Shown here one piece after another: positions 47,801-59,679 of a DNA stretch of 64,000 nt. A program made the position numbers and the translations under genes. This stretch comes from Amoebophrya sp. A120 (Eukaryota > Protista > Dinoflagellata). Position 1 is the first letter of the stretch; each line of letters opens with the position of its first letter. Under the pieces are notes generated by a model. That model made no database searches and was not told the origin of the DNA. It worked only from the letters and a program-made list of their open reading frames with translations. The stretch lies in contig CAJINV010000003.1 in NCBI GenBank assembly GCA_905178155.1, positions 121,282-185,281 on the forward strand, written 5' to 3'.

Positions 47801-50208
47801 TCGCTTTGCCCTCCTGCCCGAAGTCAAAAGGGGCTCAGGCGGCTCTTTCGTTCTCTTTTTGGGCCCCGTTCGCCCTGTTCCCCATCTGGACCAATTTCTT
47901 GTGTTCAGCCATATCTACTAGGGGTCCCGAGTCATGCAGGGGCTTTATATTCCAGCGCATGGAAGAGGAAAAGAGCAATGCGTCCTTTACCTCTATGCGC
48001 AACCTGCACTGGTAGCGGCTCCATCGAGTTCGATGCTGAGAAGACGAGAGCGAGGGTTTTGCGCCGGGTAGGCTTTTCTTCTGGCACAACCAAAAGCCCC
48101 CTAGGAAGCAACAAAGAGGAGACTGCCAACCTCTAGAGGTGCAGAATCTCCTTTGGGGTCTCCTTTCGACACTTTTAGGTCGTATATCGCACATCGCAAA
48201 AAAGGAGACGGCCGACCTCTAGTGGTGCGGAGCCTCCTTGGCCGTCTCCTTTCAAGCATTTTAGGTCGTGGATCGCGAGCCAAAGCGCGAACCCCTCTAG
48301 AGGTCAGTAACCTCCTCGGTCGTCTCGTCTTGAGAATAGCACCGCGAACAGCTTCAAAAGACGAATCCGAAAAAGCCCGACCTTAAAGGTCGAAGCCTCC
48401 TCCGTGGTCTCCTTGATGTCTCCTTTTCGTCAGAAACTAACGCGGAGTGGGCATTTTAGGAAAAAGGCCAAAAAAGTGCCTACCTCTAGAGGTTTTAGTC
48501 TCCTTTTGGTCTCCTTGGAAGACTGTAGCGGCTGTAGTTGGCTCGTGAAAGCCTTTTTTTTTGAGCTCCATAGGTTTTGGTCTCCTTGCTCCACTAGTTT
48601 TGGTCAAGTTGCTGCTAGTCTATAGTTCTCTATGGTAGTTCAGAGCTGCTTCTAGTGGTTGTAGGCTGCTTATACTCAATAACATAAACCTACTTATGTT
48701 TAATACTACTTTACGGTGGTGAAGAAGATCTTCGATGGGCACGAGTTGCCAGATTCGTGGCTGGAGGCAGCAATAGCTTTGCTGCATAAGAATGGACCAA
48801 GGGCGGAGCCGCAGAACTATCGGCCGGTCGCCTTGCTCCATGTTGGCGAAAAAGTAGTAAGCTTAATAGTGTTAAACCGGGTGCGGGAAAGCGCCTACAA
48901 AATCATAGACAAAAGGCAGAAAGGCTCAGTAAGGGGCCTCAGTTGCAGACATGCGGTCTTTCGCTTGCTTCGGGACATGGAGCACGCGATCAAAGCGGGG
49001 GAGCAGCGGGTCTGTGATTTCATCGACTTCCAGAAGGCCTATGACTCCTTGGACTGGCAGAAGATGACCAAGATTTTGGGGTGGCAGGGGTTTCCTGTGG
49101 AGCTGGTGGAAGTCGTGCGGCGAATGTATGGCTCCGCCACATTCGCGTTGAAGGTCGGGCCGGGGAAACTAAGCAAAGCAACCACGCGGCAAAAAGCGGG
49201 CATCAGGCAGGGCTCTAGCCTGAGCCCACTGGTTTTTGTGCTAATTTTGGACTTTGCAATGCAGGCCTTCGAGCTTGCAATGCATGAAGAAGAGGCTTGG
49301 GTAGGAAGCAAGGATACCCCCAGCTTCCTATCCTGGTTGGGGTTCGTGGATGACTTGGTAGTCCGAAGCGACTCGCCGGAAGAAGCACAGGCAGCGCTGC
49401 TGCAGCTCCAGGCAGCCTGTAGGTTCGCGGGGCTCGAGTTGAACGCAAAGAAAACCGAGGCCATGACCATAGGCCTGCAGCCAACCAAGAAGGACAGCAG
49501 CGACGCAAAAAAGGAACGCTTCACCACAGAAGAAGGAACCGCGAACGAACGCAGCGGCTGGGCAGTCGAGTGGGACGGGGTGGACCTTGTGGAGGAATTT
49601 GCAGCTGCGGCCAGATCCAGGAAGCCCATCGCGCCGGCGATGGAGAAGACCACGCATCTTCTTCTTTGGGACGATGGGAAATACAGTAGATGTTGGATGA
49701 AGAAGACAGGGTGGACAATCACGGACGCGGGGGAGCGAATGCGAATAGTGGTTGTCAGAGCTGCTTCCAGTGGTTGTAGGCTGCTTATACTCAATAGCAT
49801 AAGCCTACTTATGTTTAATACTACTTTTACGCGGTTGCTGTAGCTGCTGACATACATTACAATATGTCGTGAATGTGGAAGCGGTACTAGCTTGAAATTG
49901 AATATTCATCGAACAAGAAAAATAAATCCCTTCAGATCGGGATGCAGGCTGCGAAGCCAGCCGAGGGTGCGGAAGAGGAGGCCGTAGAAGATCCGGGCAC
50001 GGTGGTTGGACTCGACATCAAAGGCGGCGTTGTGGATGAGAAGACGTTCTACCATCTGGAATTCTGTGTCGTCGTGGAGCAGCCCGTGGTTGTGCGTTTC
50101 GAGGAAACTCGGGTCAGTGACATTCGCACACAGCTGGCCGAGCGCTTCTCAGAGCATCTGCCCTTGCACCGCGTTGGCGTCATTTGCTGCACAATGAAAA
50201 AGGAATAA
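41804..50208 (+). CDS. MORN-repeat-containing protein, multi-exon
   Basis: MAEEEAPPEPE...LFYGEVK...YVAHGKG...GDYAENEMSGDGTIEYYDGSVYKGELVQGTFEGEGTYTWPNNSFY (MORN repeats); five introners; phase-0 GT-AG intron 45783-49935 joins KVGK to IGMQAAK. Some internal junctions unresolved. Confidence 0.75.
41818..42042. mobile_element. Introner family C
   Basis: tataacagtgcacaactccccctc...gagggggatttgtgcactctcata; DR gagga/gagga. Confidence 0.9.
42096..42370. mobile_element. Introner family A
   Basis: DR acgtc/gcgtc; removal gives FETS|SGQLF. Confidence 0.88.
42431..42678. mobile_element. Introner family A
   Basis: Near-perfect ~30-bp TIR; DR cgacg/cgacg; removal gives PEAT|EESAT. Confidence 0.92.
45108..45264. 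mobile_element. Introner family D
   Basis: DR tcgat/tcgat; removal gives SPLD|DDEAI. Confidence 0.9.
45456..45717. mobile_element. Introner family A
   Basis: DR agcaa/agcaa; removal gives HYKQ|GKIHE. Confidence 0.9.
45862..49831. repeat. Repeat-cargo array: four copies of a 46-78 bp host sequence separated by three unrelated 0.9-1.8 kb inserts, inside an intron
   Basis: gttcagagctgcttctagtggttgtag(ag)gctgcttatactcaata... at 45862-45918, 46821-46866, 48638-48715, 49755-49831. Confidence 0.92.
48716..49754 (+). pseudogene. Non-LTR (LINE-type) reverse transcriptase fragment, truncated at both ends
   Basis: NYRPVALL, FIDFQKAYDSL, GIRQGSSLSPLVF, GFVDDL, GLELNAKKT motifs; open frame spans exactly the interval between two repeat copies; no ATG or stop of its own. 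Confidence 0.9.
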
Positions 50209-51447
50209 ATTTAAATTTATTTTTATAGCTACTTAGCAGGAGACTTCTAGACACTGAACTTCGCGTTTTGCAGCTGCAGCTGCGCCGTTTACTTTAAGTT
50301 GATGTTGATATTATTGCAGGGGTCGAGTTCATCAATTTCGATAGCCCCCCGATCTATCATCACGAGGACTAAGTATAAGACGAGCACTTCAAACGAAAAG
50401 TAGTTTTAAATTGAACCGAATCCGATAGGGATGAATAAAATCAAATATTGTAGTTGATCTGAGCCCAGGATTTTGGGTGACGAGTAGGAGTAGCAACTAG
50501 CAGATGACCACGTGTTTTTGTGTATCAGGGAAGTACAGCGAACAGCAACAGATTTGAGTTAGCGCTTCCAGGAGGACGACGACAAGCAGGGCAGTATGAC
50601 AGCTTTGCATCACGAAATGAAAATATCTGAGAGTGTGGCGCTTGCCTTCGCAACAGTCGGCTGTGGACCACGACTGATAGACCAATCATTAGTAGGAAAA
50701 CATCTTCAAGCCCCGTGTTCAGCTTTATCCAGGTGCTTACTATACTCGCGGCCATCGAATTGTATTTGTATTCGTGGAACTGAAGGAGCCCCTGAGTACT
50801 AGAAGTTGCAGTTCTTTGCGAGTTTCCTAGTAAGCATTGATAAAGATGATGATCCTTATTTTATCTGCAGTGATATTAAGCGTGGACCAGCGAGCTGCAA
50901 CAAAGATCAGATGAAAACAGTTCCCACGATAGATTTCAATCTTTACGCCATGTGTGTTTTACTTTTCTCCAGGCGGTCTAGTGATATTAAGACCAACTCG
51001 ATGGGTAGAAAGATTTTGAGGACCGAAGCGTCTTTACAACTTCTGGATTTCCAAGAAACGCTCTTTTAATGTCCGCGTCGCGCAGCAGCAGCAAGAAGAA
51101 GATCCGCCTTTGTGAAATTGTTAACCACCACGAGGACCTTTTTCTCTTCGCCCTCGCTTGCTAGTACTTATTTAAGTAAGTACACTGGCCATCCATACTA
51201 CCAATGGGACTACTTTTTACAAACTACATGAACCGCAGCAGCGAGCCCTGAAGAAGATCGTATTCCTCTTCTTCCGATCTACGAGAAGTGCAGCTGCACC
51301 TCGAATAAGTACGTGTTTTTTGATAGGCCGAAAAATATTTTATTTTAGTACCGAAGCGAAAATACTACTAGAGCAAAAAGTTTTTGATACAAGTACTTTC
51401 ATTTTGAAACGACCGTCAAAATTGGGCGCGTGGAGACGACCACCACC

Positions 51448-54400
51448 ATGTATCACACCCGACCTGGGCAAGCCGGCGCGCCAATGGGCGGCTACGGCGG
51501 GATGCAGCAACAGCAGGGCATGGGCCTCGGTCCGGGGGTGCAGCAACACCAGGAGCCGGACTACACGGTGAAAAACGACGCTTCGGAGTTCGAGAAAGAA
51601 AACGACTTCGTGCAATTTTTCAAGTACATCCAGGGACACCACTCTTGCACCCACAGTTCCATGATCGGGCCCTCCGATCACCGCATTCTACCAAATGTAA
51701 AAATGTCTGGGTCTGGAAGATTAGAACTTGTCATGCTAAATCTGAATGATGCAAAAATCTGTGTTGCGTGAGTACCAAAACCTATCCGCTTTTGACCAAG
51801 TCGAGAGGGAGTTTCCCATGCAGGAGAGGCATGATAGAGACATCAAAGAATCTGTCATGCTGGGTCTCGCATTCCAGACCTCATGCGTCACGGAAAACCT
51901 GCATCAGAAGTCTTTCATTCTTCCAGACCCAGACATTTTTGCATTTGATACATTCCCCGCAGTGGCAAATTCGACGTCACCAAAAAGGACGCACTGGAAA
52001 AACTGTATATTTTTTTTTCTTCGAAATAAACCGATGTCTATAAAAAAAAAATCCAATAGAAATTCTCCAACGCCCCAATAGAGATTCTCCGTATAGAGAA
52101 TCTCCCGCGTCGAATCTATCGGCTCCCGCTTTGTCTTCGGTTGCGTCTGCTCTTCGCCTTCGCCTGGCGCAAAGAAAAGCTGTTGGCCTTCCTCTGGCGC
52201 AAAAGGCCGCTCTCGCTTGACTTTTTCAAAGTGCTCTTTTTGTTCCGTGCCCATGGACGGGGAAAAAAGTTCCTGTGCATGTTTCGGCCTCCGGGGGTTC
52301 AGCTTTTTCATTCTTTATTTGCCCGCCGTCAGTTGCGGGGAAAGAAAGAATAACTTCGCACCGACCTGGCGGCCGGCGTAGGGGAAATAGAGAATATTGC
52401 GCACACTGTGCGCGCGCGGGCTTCTTTTTGAGCGGCCAGACGTTCTTGCTCGCCGATGCGCGGCATCTGGCGGCGTGGCGGAAATGAAAATAATTTCTGC
52501 GCGCTGCGCCGCGGGGGCTTTTTCTTGTGAGCAGCCGGGCGCCTCTTTTCGCCGGCCCGCGCACCACATCAATCTTGTGGCGTGCTGGGATCGAAAAATA
52601 AATATGCGCGCCGCTGCCAGCGCGCCGCGCTTTGTAGCGATGCGGGATCGAATTCAAAATCCGACTCGCCCACGCGCCGCGTGTTGTGGCGGTGTGGTTC
52701 GACTTCCAAAAAATTTCGCGCGCTGTGCGCGCGCGAATTTTTCTCTCTGGGCGGCCGCGCACCCCCGTCGCCCGCGCGGCGCGCCTGGTGGCGATGGATG
52801 CGGAATCGAATGCGAAAAGTTTTTGCGCTTCTTTTTCCTTGGCCGGTCGCGTATTTTCGTCGCCCGCGTTTCGCGCTTGGTGGTCGGCACCCACAGTTCC
52901 ATGATCGGGCCCTCCGATCACCGCATTCCCCGCAGTGGTAAATTCGACGTTACCAAGAAGGACGCACTGGAAAAACTGTAATTTTTTTTCATCTTTGTAA
53001 CATATAAACCGATGTTGATGAGTTCTTCGACGGTGAAGACATCAAAGATTCCTTGCTGTAAAAATCATGTGCTAATGACACAGAAGCTGAGTCAGTGAGT
53101 AGTTTTTCTATAAGGATAAGGAAAATTGAAATAATGAATCGCGAATATAAAATCGTATCCTCTCTCTACCTATAAAGGTATGCCGCTGTGTCTTTCTTCC
53201 ACCGCCAGGGAAAGCCGCTGGTGCTGTGCGAGATTGCGACCAGCCGGTTCCGCTTTTTCGAGGACGTAGATCTGCTCCTCCCAGCCGAACTGAAGGACCA
53301 GCTGCCCCAGTTACAAGACCAGTGGGTGCACCACTTGCTGCGGCACAGGGGCGCAGTCCTGGGGGCCGTCTGGCGAAGCGAGGACCCGCTCGGTATTTTT
53401 ATACTAGGATCTTCCGATGATGATCTACAGTTCTTGCTATAAGATCATATCGTGCACTACGTATTCGTATGAGCCGAATTTCTATGTTCTACAAAAATCC
53501 TTATCCAGGTGTCAAGTGCCGTTCCGAGACTGCCACCGTGCACGTGTTTTCTTCCTCCGGGTGGAGTTCCCGTCACAATCAGCCGAAAATCTCCTTGCAC
53601 TTCGTCTGGCCCGACTTGATCTGCACGCCGCGGGAAGCCAAGGGAATCCGCAGTGCCACCATCGAGTTCCTGCGGGAATCCTGTTCGGAGGAACTGTCAA
53701 CGTTACTGGAAAAGTGCTACGAAAAGAACCCGCTGCAACAGGACTTAGTCGATATGTCACCCTGGGAAGAAATCTTTGACAAGGCCGCCACCGAGGGAAC
53801 CAGTTTGCGGTATTGATAGAAATTGATGATCTATAGAAAGAAAAATGTTTGTCACAGTCATTAACTTGGAGACTTAGAATTGCAAATTTTTTTAGCATCG
53901 CAGCTTTTCCTTGTATTGCAGAAACACTAGGGGAAACCCCCTACAAAGATTGGCTGTGATGCATTTTTACGCATGGCAGGCATTTTTTGTATTGCAGAAA
54001 TGCCCATGAGTGATCGCGACGAACTTTTTTTCTTTGATATGATCCCACGACGAACAGCTGCAAACAAAAACAATAGAAAAGTATGCAGCCTCCCTTGTAG
54101 TTTTTACGTGCTTCCGTTATTATGTCTTGGGGATTGTCTAACCTGTCCCCATGATCTGACTTCATCATCATTCACACACAATGAAATAACAGATTGGTCT
54201 TCTGTGACAAGGGTGCGAAGGCGGACCTCGAGAAGAAGATGGCCGCACGATTAGAGGGGCGTCCCAAAGTCCCAGTAGGCACTTACCAGGTAAAAAGCTC
54301 ATCATGTGCCAACAACAAACAACATTGGATGTGGCGAAAATTGTACATTGCATAGATTGATAAGTACGTCGTAGTAGATGATACAGAGTACAGGACGGTG

Positions 54401-57400
54401 AAAAAATATTAAACGTGAAGCAACTACTCCTCGTTGTCGATGCACAAAAATTTAAACTACAGGTCGCGTTGTCCGCAGGAAAGGTGAACGAGTGCGCGGC
54501 GACGCTGCAGAATGCACCGTCGGAAAAGGGCGACATCCAGTGGTTGTTGGACGCCAGTATACGACTGGGTGACGGCGGAGCAGAGATGCCGGCGGTCTCC
54601 AATGTGTGGCTCTCGGCGACGCAGACCAAGGGTCTCGCGGGCATCAAACCACAACCAGTGGTGGCGGCCAACGGAAATGGGTTCGGCGCAGACGCAGCGG
54701 GCGCCTACCCCGTGGATGAAAAGTACCTACGAGAATATTGTTTGAAGTCGAACTTTTTGGTATCTCTGGTTGTTCTCCTCTGGTGGGGGCGCAGAATGCT
54801 GCAATAGGTTTGTCTAGTCGTATCATGATAAGAGTAAGTAAAACAATCACTACAGCATCCAGCAACTGGAACGTGAAATGCCGCATGGTGGTGACGGATT
54901 TTCGCAAGTCAAAAAGGAATTGCTCGGAAAGAAGGTGGACCAGAACGCGAACTGGATGACAGTCGAGGACTACAACCCACCACAACACGACAGAATGGCT
55001 GGTATAATATCTTCCATGGTATTTTTCCGCCCTTTGCAAGACAAACACAATCACAAACTCGCATGTAGTCCTTCTTGCTGCACGTCGTCTCACAACGCCA
55101 CTTGCATTTTGCGCAGCAGGAGGACAACGAACGTGACAATGATGTCGACGTACTAATTTTGTCACACCTAAAAAATTGTTCGAAAACTACACTTTGAAAA
55201 ACAGTGAAACTGGATGCCAACGGAGGACAGATCGCAGAGTTGGTGATTCCGCCGGACGTGTATCAGCTCCCAGTGGACGTACAGTACAACACGATGGACG
55301 GGACGAACAAGCAGTATGTGATGCACTTCCAGCCAGGCAAGGACAAGTACGGCACGTGGTTCAACAAGGACGAGAAGGAGGGGGACACCTGGATGTGGCG
55401 AAAACCCGCGGTACCGCAGCTCAAGGAGGACGGGTTGGCACCCATGGAGTGGCCCACATGGGCGGAGTTCGTGCTCATCGAGGTCGCCGGCCACGCCGAC
55501 ACACCACAGAAGACCATGGGGCTCGCCGCCATCATCTGCGCTGTGTCCAACGTACCCACCAGTGGAAAGGTGCACGGAGAAGCCTACTGGAAAGGTATGA
55601 TAGATAAAAGCAGCATATAGTGGTCTCATTGCTCCTGCTCCGGCGAATGATGAAGATACTGGTCGTGTTTCTTGCTACTAACTAGTACTTTCTTCTCAGG
55701 AGCATTCGGCTACAACATCCGCGAAGATGAAAAGAGGGTTTACCAATTGCTCTTTCGGCGTGTGTAGCTCGACGAGCAAGGTGCAATCATTAATTCGCGC
55801 TCGCGCTCCGAATGCCGAGCGAATAATACAACGTTGCACACATCACAATCTCATATTGGCTCTATACTTCTCAGGTCACATGTGCTTCGGGCCAAATGAT
55901 TTTGGTGATGACATGGAATACGCAGTCAACGTGCCCCTGGCCACGATAGCAGCGGTTGTCTTTGGTCTGAAGGCAGTTCTGGATTTGCGAGAAAAGATCG
56001 GCGGGCAGAAAATCAAGGGTAAGTATAGAGGATGAACGAGCCAAGATATTGATTGATTTTGAAAGTCTTCCTACTTCGCTGCAATTTTTGCGTTGGAAAA
56101 GCTCTCTTCTTTTGGGCGGCCTATATCTCCATGCCCTTTCGGTTGCTCCTGCTTCTTAAGAAAGTAATATGCGTAGAATGAGTTTTTACTGATACCACGG
56201 ATTGAGCCCGTAACGAAAAATATATTTTTGTACTGCAAAAACAAATTGCGAAACTTACTCCTGTTCCCAGGTATCTTCATTAGTTCCGACCATACCGTCG
56301 TGGAAGCGGCAGTAGACGGACAGTGCAACACGGCGTACCTGGAACCCTTGGCGAAACTGCTCACCGCCTACAAGCAGGAAATCCTGGACGATGACCACTT
56401 TCCGAACTGCTTTAACTTCGCGGTATTTGAAGCTACTTAGCTTGTTTGCACGTATATGAATTCATTTTCCCATGCTTGTGCTTCGTCAAGAAAAAGACTT
56501 CGATTTCCACCACCCAACACGATATCGTGTTGTAAGCGTTCTCGTTTAGCCGCTTCTAGTTGTGCAGTTTGTTTTGCGCTTCTGAACAAGCGGTTTTCTT
56601 TTTTGAGCACATTCGTCGCATCGCGGCTCCCGGTCGTGCAGGCCCGTAGTTGCAAGTCGTTTTCGAGGGGACACTCACGTTTTTTTTTTCAAAATTTTCG
56701 CAGGTCTCCAAAATTCAAGCCAGTGCGAACAAGGCTGCTAAGTTGGCGAGGGAAGCGCGACAGGGGGCGACCGACGAAGATTATTCTGGTTGCTCCATGG
56801 GTGATATTATGCATTGCAAAAATGTCTGGGTCTGGAAGGTTGGAACTTGTAATGCTAGCTTTCCATACCTAGAAAATCTGTATTGCATAACCAACAAAAG
56901 TCGCAGCCTCTTTTGTCATGCAACATCGCAGTTTGTCATGCGGATTGCCTATGAGAAAGCGTTTTCGGAAGTTGTTATGCCAGACTGCATTCGGAAGTGT
57001 TTTCATCATGCCCATTTTAGCATCACAAGTTTCCAGACCCAGACATTTTTGCATTTGATAGATATCGAGTTGGCGGATGCGGTCATTTCCTCCTGCGAAT
57101 CCGCAGCAAAATCTATTACAATGAAAAATGCCCCCACCCCCGAACTTGAAAGCATTTGTATTGCAAACCTTTCCAAATGAAACATTTGCCCTCTTGCATG
57201 TATCAGCATCACAGATTTCCGATGGTGAATAGCAAAAATTTGTATTGCAAAAGATCCCAGCAAGAGCGGTGCTTGTCATGCAAGCGATGCGACACACGAC
57301 TAGATTCTGCATCAGTGTCTGAAAGCCACTCAGATCCTCGATGGTATGATCGACATGCTGATTGAAGGTGGTGGAACTCACGATGTGATTACAGAGGGAA

Positions 57401-57848
57401 CGAATCGCAAATGTGCATTGCATGTAGCATAGCACGCGGGATCGCGTGCGGCGTGTTTGTGTTCTGAGAGCCTTCAGCTCTTACGTTGCAACTCCTAAGC
57501 CTGAAAGCGTACAAGGTTCGAAATCATGAATCGATTGAGTTTGCGTACTAGCATCGGGATTCAAGATGCTGCATCATCATCTGATGCTGTAAACACGAGC
57601 TGACTACATCATCATCTTCTGATCATCATCTGTCCAAACGGGACCAAACAGGATGGATCTTCATGCTGTTTCGCATCGAAAGTCTTCAAGGAACATCGGG
57701 ACTCGCAGTCGTCCAACAATCAGAAAGATTCATACTCCTTTCATGCATGACAAAAAGTTTTCATTTGGAAACTTCGCATCACAAATTTTTGCAACTTTGG
57801 GGGTGGGGGGCACTTTTCACTGTAATAAAATCGGGTAGCAAGCACTAG
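51448..57848 (+). CDS. Protein with archaeo-eukaryotic primase (AEP/PrimPol-like) N-terminal domain, multi-exon
   Basis: FRFFEDVDL (hDhD), KISLHFVWPDL (SxH), IFDKAATEGTSLR (hD...LR) in the AEP order. Linking the downstream exons (54460-57848) into the same gene is tentative. Confidence 0.6.
51689..51950. mobile_element. Introner family A
   Basis: DR cattc/cattc; uninterrupted empty site (ccgcattccccgc) present in the duplicated copy at ~52921. Confidence 0.93.
52038..52886. mobile_element. ~850-bp CG/A-tract-rich insert flanked by ~125-bp direct duplication
   Basis: gcacccacagttccatgatcggg...ggaaaaactgta...taaaccgatgt at 51647-52037 (minus introner) and 52887-53015; no clear TIR. Confidence 0.82.
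56808..57060. mobile_element. Introner family A
   Basis: DR gatat/gatat; removal gives MGDI|ELAD. Confidence 0.9.
57114..57827. mobile_element. 714-bp family E TIR element/introner
   Basis: ~70-bp imperfect TIR tattacaatgaaaaatgcccccacccc / ggggtggggggcacttttcactgtaata; DR aaatc/aaatc; removal gives AAKS|GSKH*. Confidence 0.88.
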
Positions 57849-59679
57849 CGTGTAAATAGTATTTGGTAAGAACAGAGAACAATGGTGCGAGTTTTCAGCC
57901 GTACGGAGGAAGAGGATCATGTTGATGACAGCGCAAATGTAGATTAGCAGAAACACAAGCAGTTTTTGTTTGGTCCTCTGTCCATACAGAAAACAAAAAG
58001 CCGCGCAAAATTTATGAACTCGAAGATTTATATCAGTAGGAAGTCTGTTCGGAAAGTGTCTTGTACCGTAATTTTTCCGGACGGCCCTGACATAACCCAC
58101 ACTTTACTATTTATTACACTCTACTGAGGAGCTATACCGCCAGGAGGAAAGAAAGTTGAAAAGTCACACGGCGATTATATCGTCGGCAGAGATGAAGACG
58201 AGTGCGTCGCCTTCTCCACGTCCGTATTTACTATATGTTATTGTCATCAACAATGTAACCGAAACGAAACCGGGTGTTGCTTATTGTCAACACTTCACCT
58301 GCTCTCGATATCCATGTTATTAAACGACCGAAGGATTTGTTTCTTTAAAAACTAGTTTTGTTCGTAGAAGACCAATCGATTTGTAAATAACACAACCAGC
58401 AATTCTTGCATCGCGGCGCGTCGATGACGAATGCCCCGTCGCTATGACGTAGTTGAGCAGGTCCATTACAAAAGGTAAAGGAGCTTACTATACTTATTTT
58501 CATTTTTTTGCTTTTGACAACCACACGCATTTTTTTTGGACGATTTTATACATCAAGTAAACCCGATCCCGACGATAACGATTTCAAGATTCAATTATTC
58601 ACACCGACGGCAAGGTCGCGGCCGAGTAGGACTCTGTTCTTCTCGCCCGACGGCCAAAAAGCGCAGGACTCATTTTATCAAGCAAAAGCGAATTTGTTTT
58701 AACCCTATCACTGGCTCTGCTTTTCAAGATCCAAAATTGCTATACATCAACTTCTTGCGAAACACCAGGAACCTTCATGTCTATCTTTTTGCTTATCATT
58801 TTTAACACGACAGCAGCACGGCCACGGCGTTGCTGATGCTGAAAGTTTTCAATATGCTCAATTTCGATTCATCATTGTTTCACGAATGAAAGAGATTCGA
58901 CGGCGAGAACCCTTCGACATCCATGGTTGAAGCCGAATCCGCACCTACGCAGTATCTATTGATTTTCAGTACACGCGATCACGAATGGATAAAATGCCCC
59001 TCAACATCAACTTTTACTTTGATTTTCAACGACTCGCTGCTCCTTGCAGCAAAGCAAGGACTCATCTTCGACGATAAACTTTGAAATGCCTCGTATTTCA
59101 AATAATGCACTATGGCTTTTTTTGAAACAAATTGATAAACCGTCAGTCTTGATGGCGTCCGCTGTTTGGTAATTCATTTCGCGGTGAATTTGTTCCTGAC
59201 CTGCGATCGTTTTTCTTATCTTCGGCACGCACAACGACTCTTGCCTAAAACTTCCGTCTCATCCAAAGCACTAATTCGTTGAATGTAGCTCGCACTCCGA
59301 GCTGCAATCTATCGTGCGTCCAAAACAGTAAACGTTATTGCTCGTCCTGACGATCGTTTTCCTGTCTCTCGTCTTCGTACACTTTTCGTTTATTCCAGTT
59401 ATGGTTCTAACTCTTGTGTCACTGTCTCCTGTCGTGCGTTCTTTCGTCGGGTGCGTTCGTAGGAAGAAGACTTAGTTTCGCCGATTTGATGCGTTAGATA
59501 GTCTATCTCGGCTCTCCCGGTAGTACAGTCCCTATCCCAGTCCCGTACAACAAAGAGAGCAGAGGTAGAGGATTGACGTAAGTATTCGGATTCTTCACGG
59601 TCTCATCATGTGCAGCCTGGTTTTGGTCTTGTACCCAGCATAAGGACTTTGACATTGACTTGCGCTTGAATCCATAGAA

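Noticed and set aside
45862-49831. Calling the array a true CRISPR
   Set aside because: Spacers are 0.9-1.8 kb, repeat length varies, no cas genes are present and the context is eukaryotic. The resemblance is architectural only.
48716-49843. 375-aa ORF as an intact retrotransposon gene
   Set aside because: It begins at GTG directly at the repeat boundary, lacks an endonuclease, and its last ~29 codons are read-through into the repeat.
5421-57435. Recurrent short ORFs containing QTQTFLHL, KNVWVWK, PDPDIF or KNPPSPY
   Set aside because: These are translations of introner TIRs, not a protein family.
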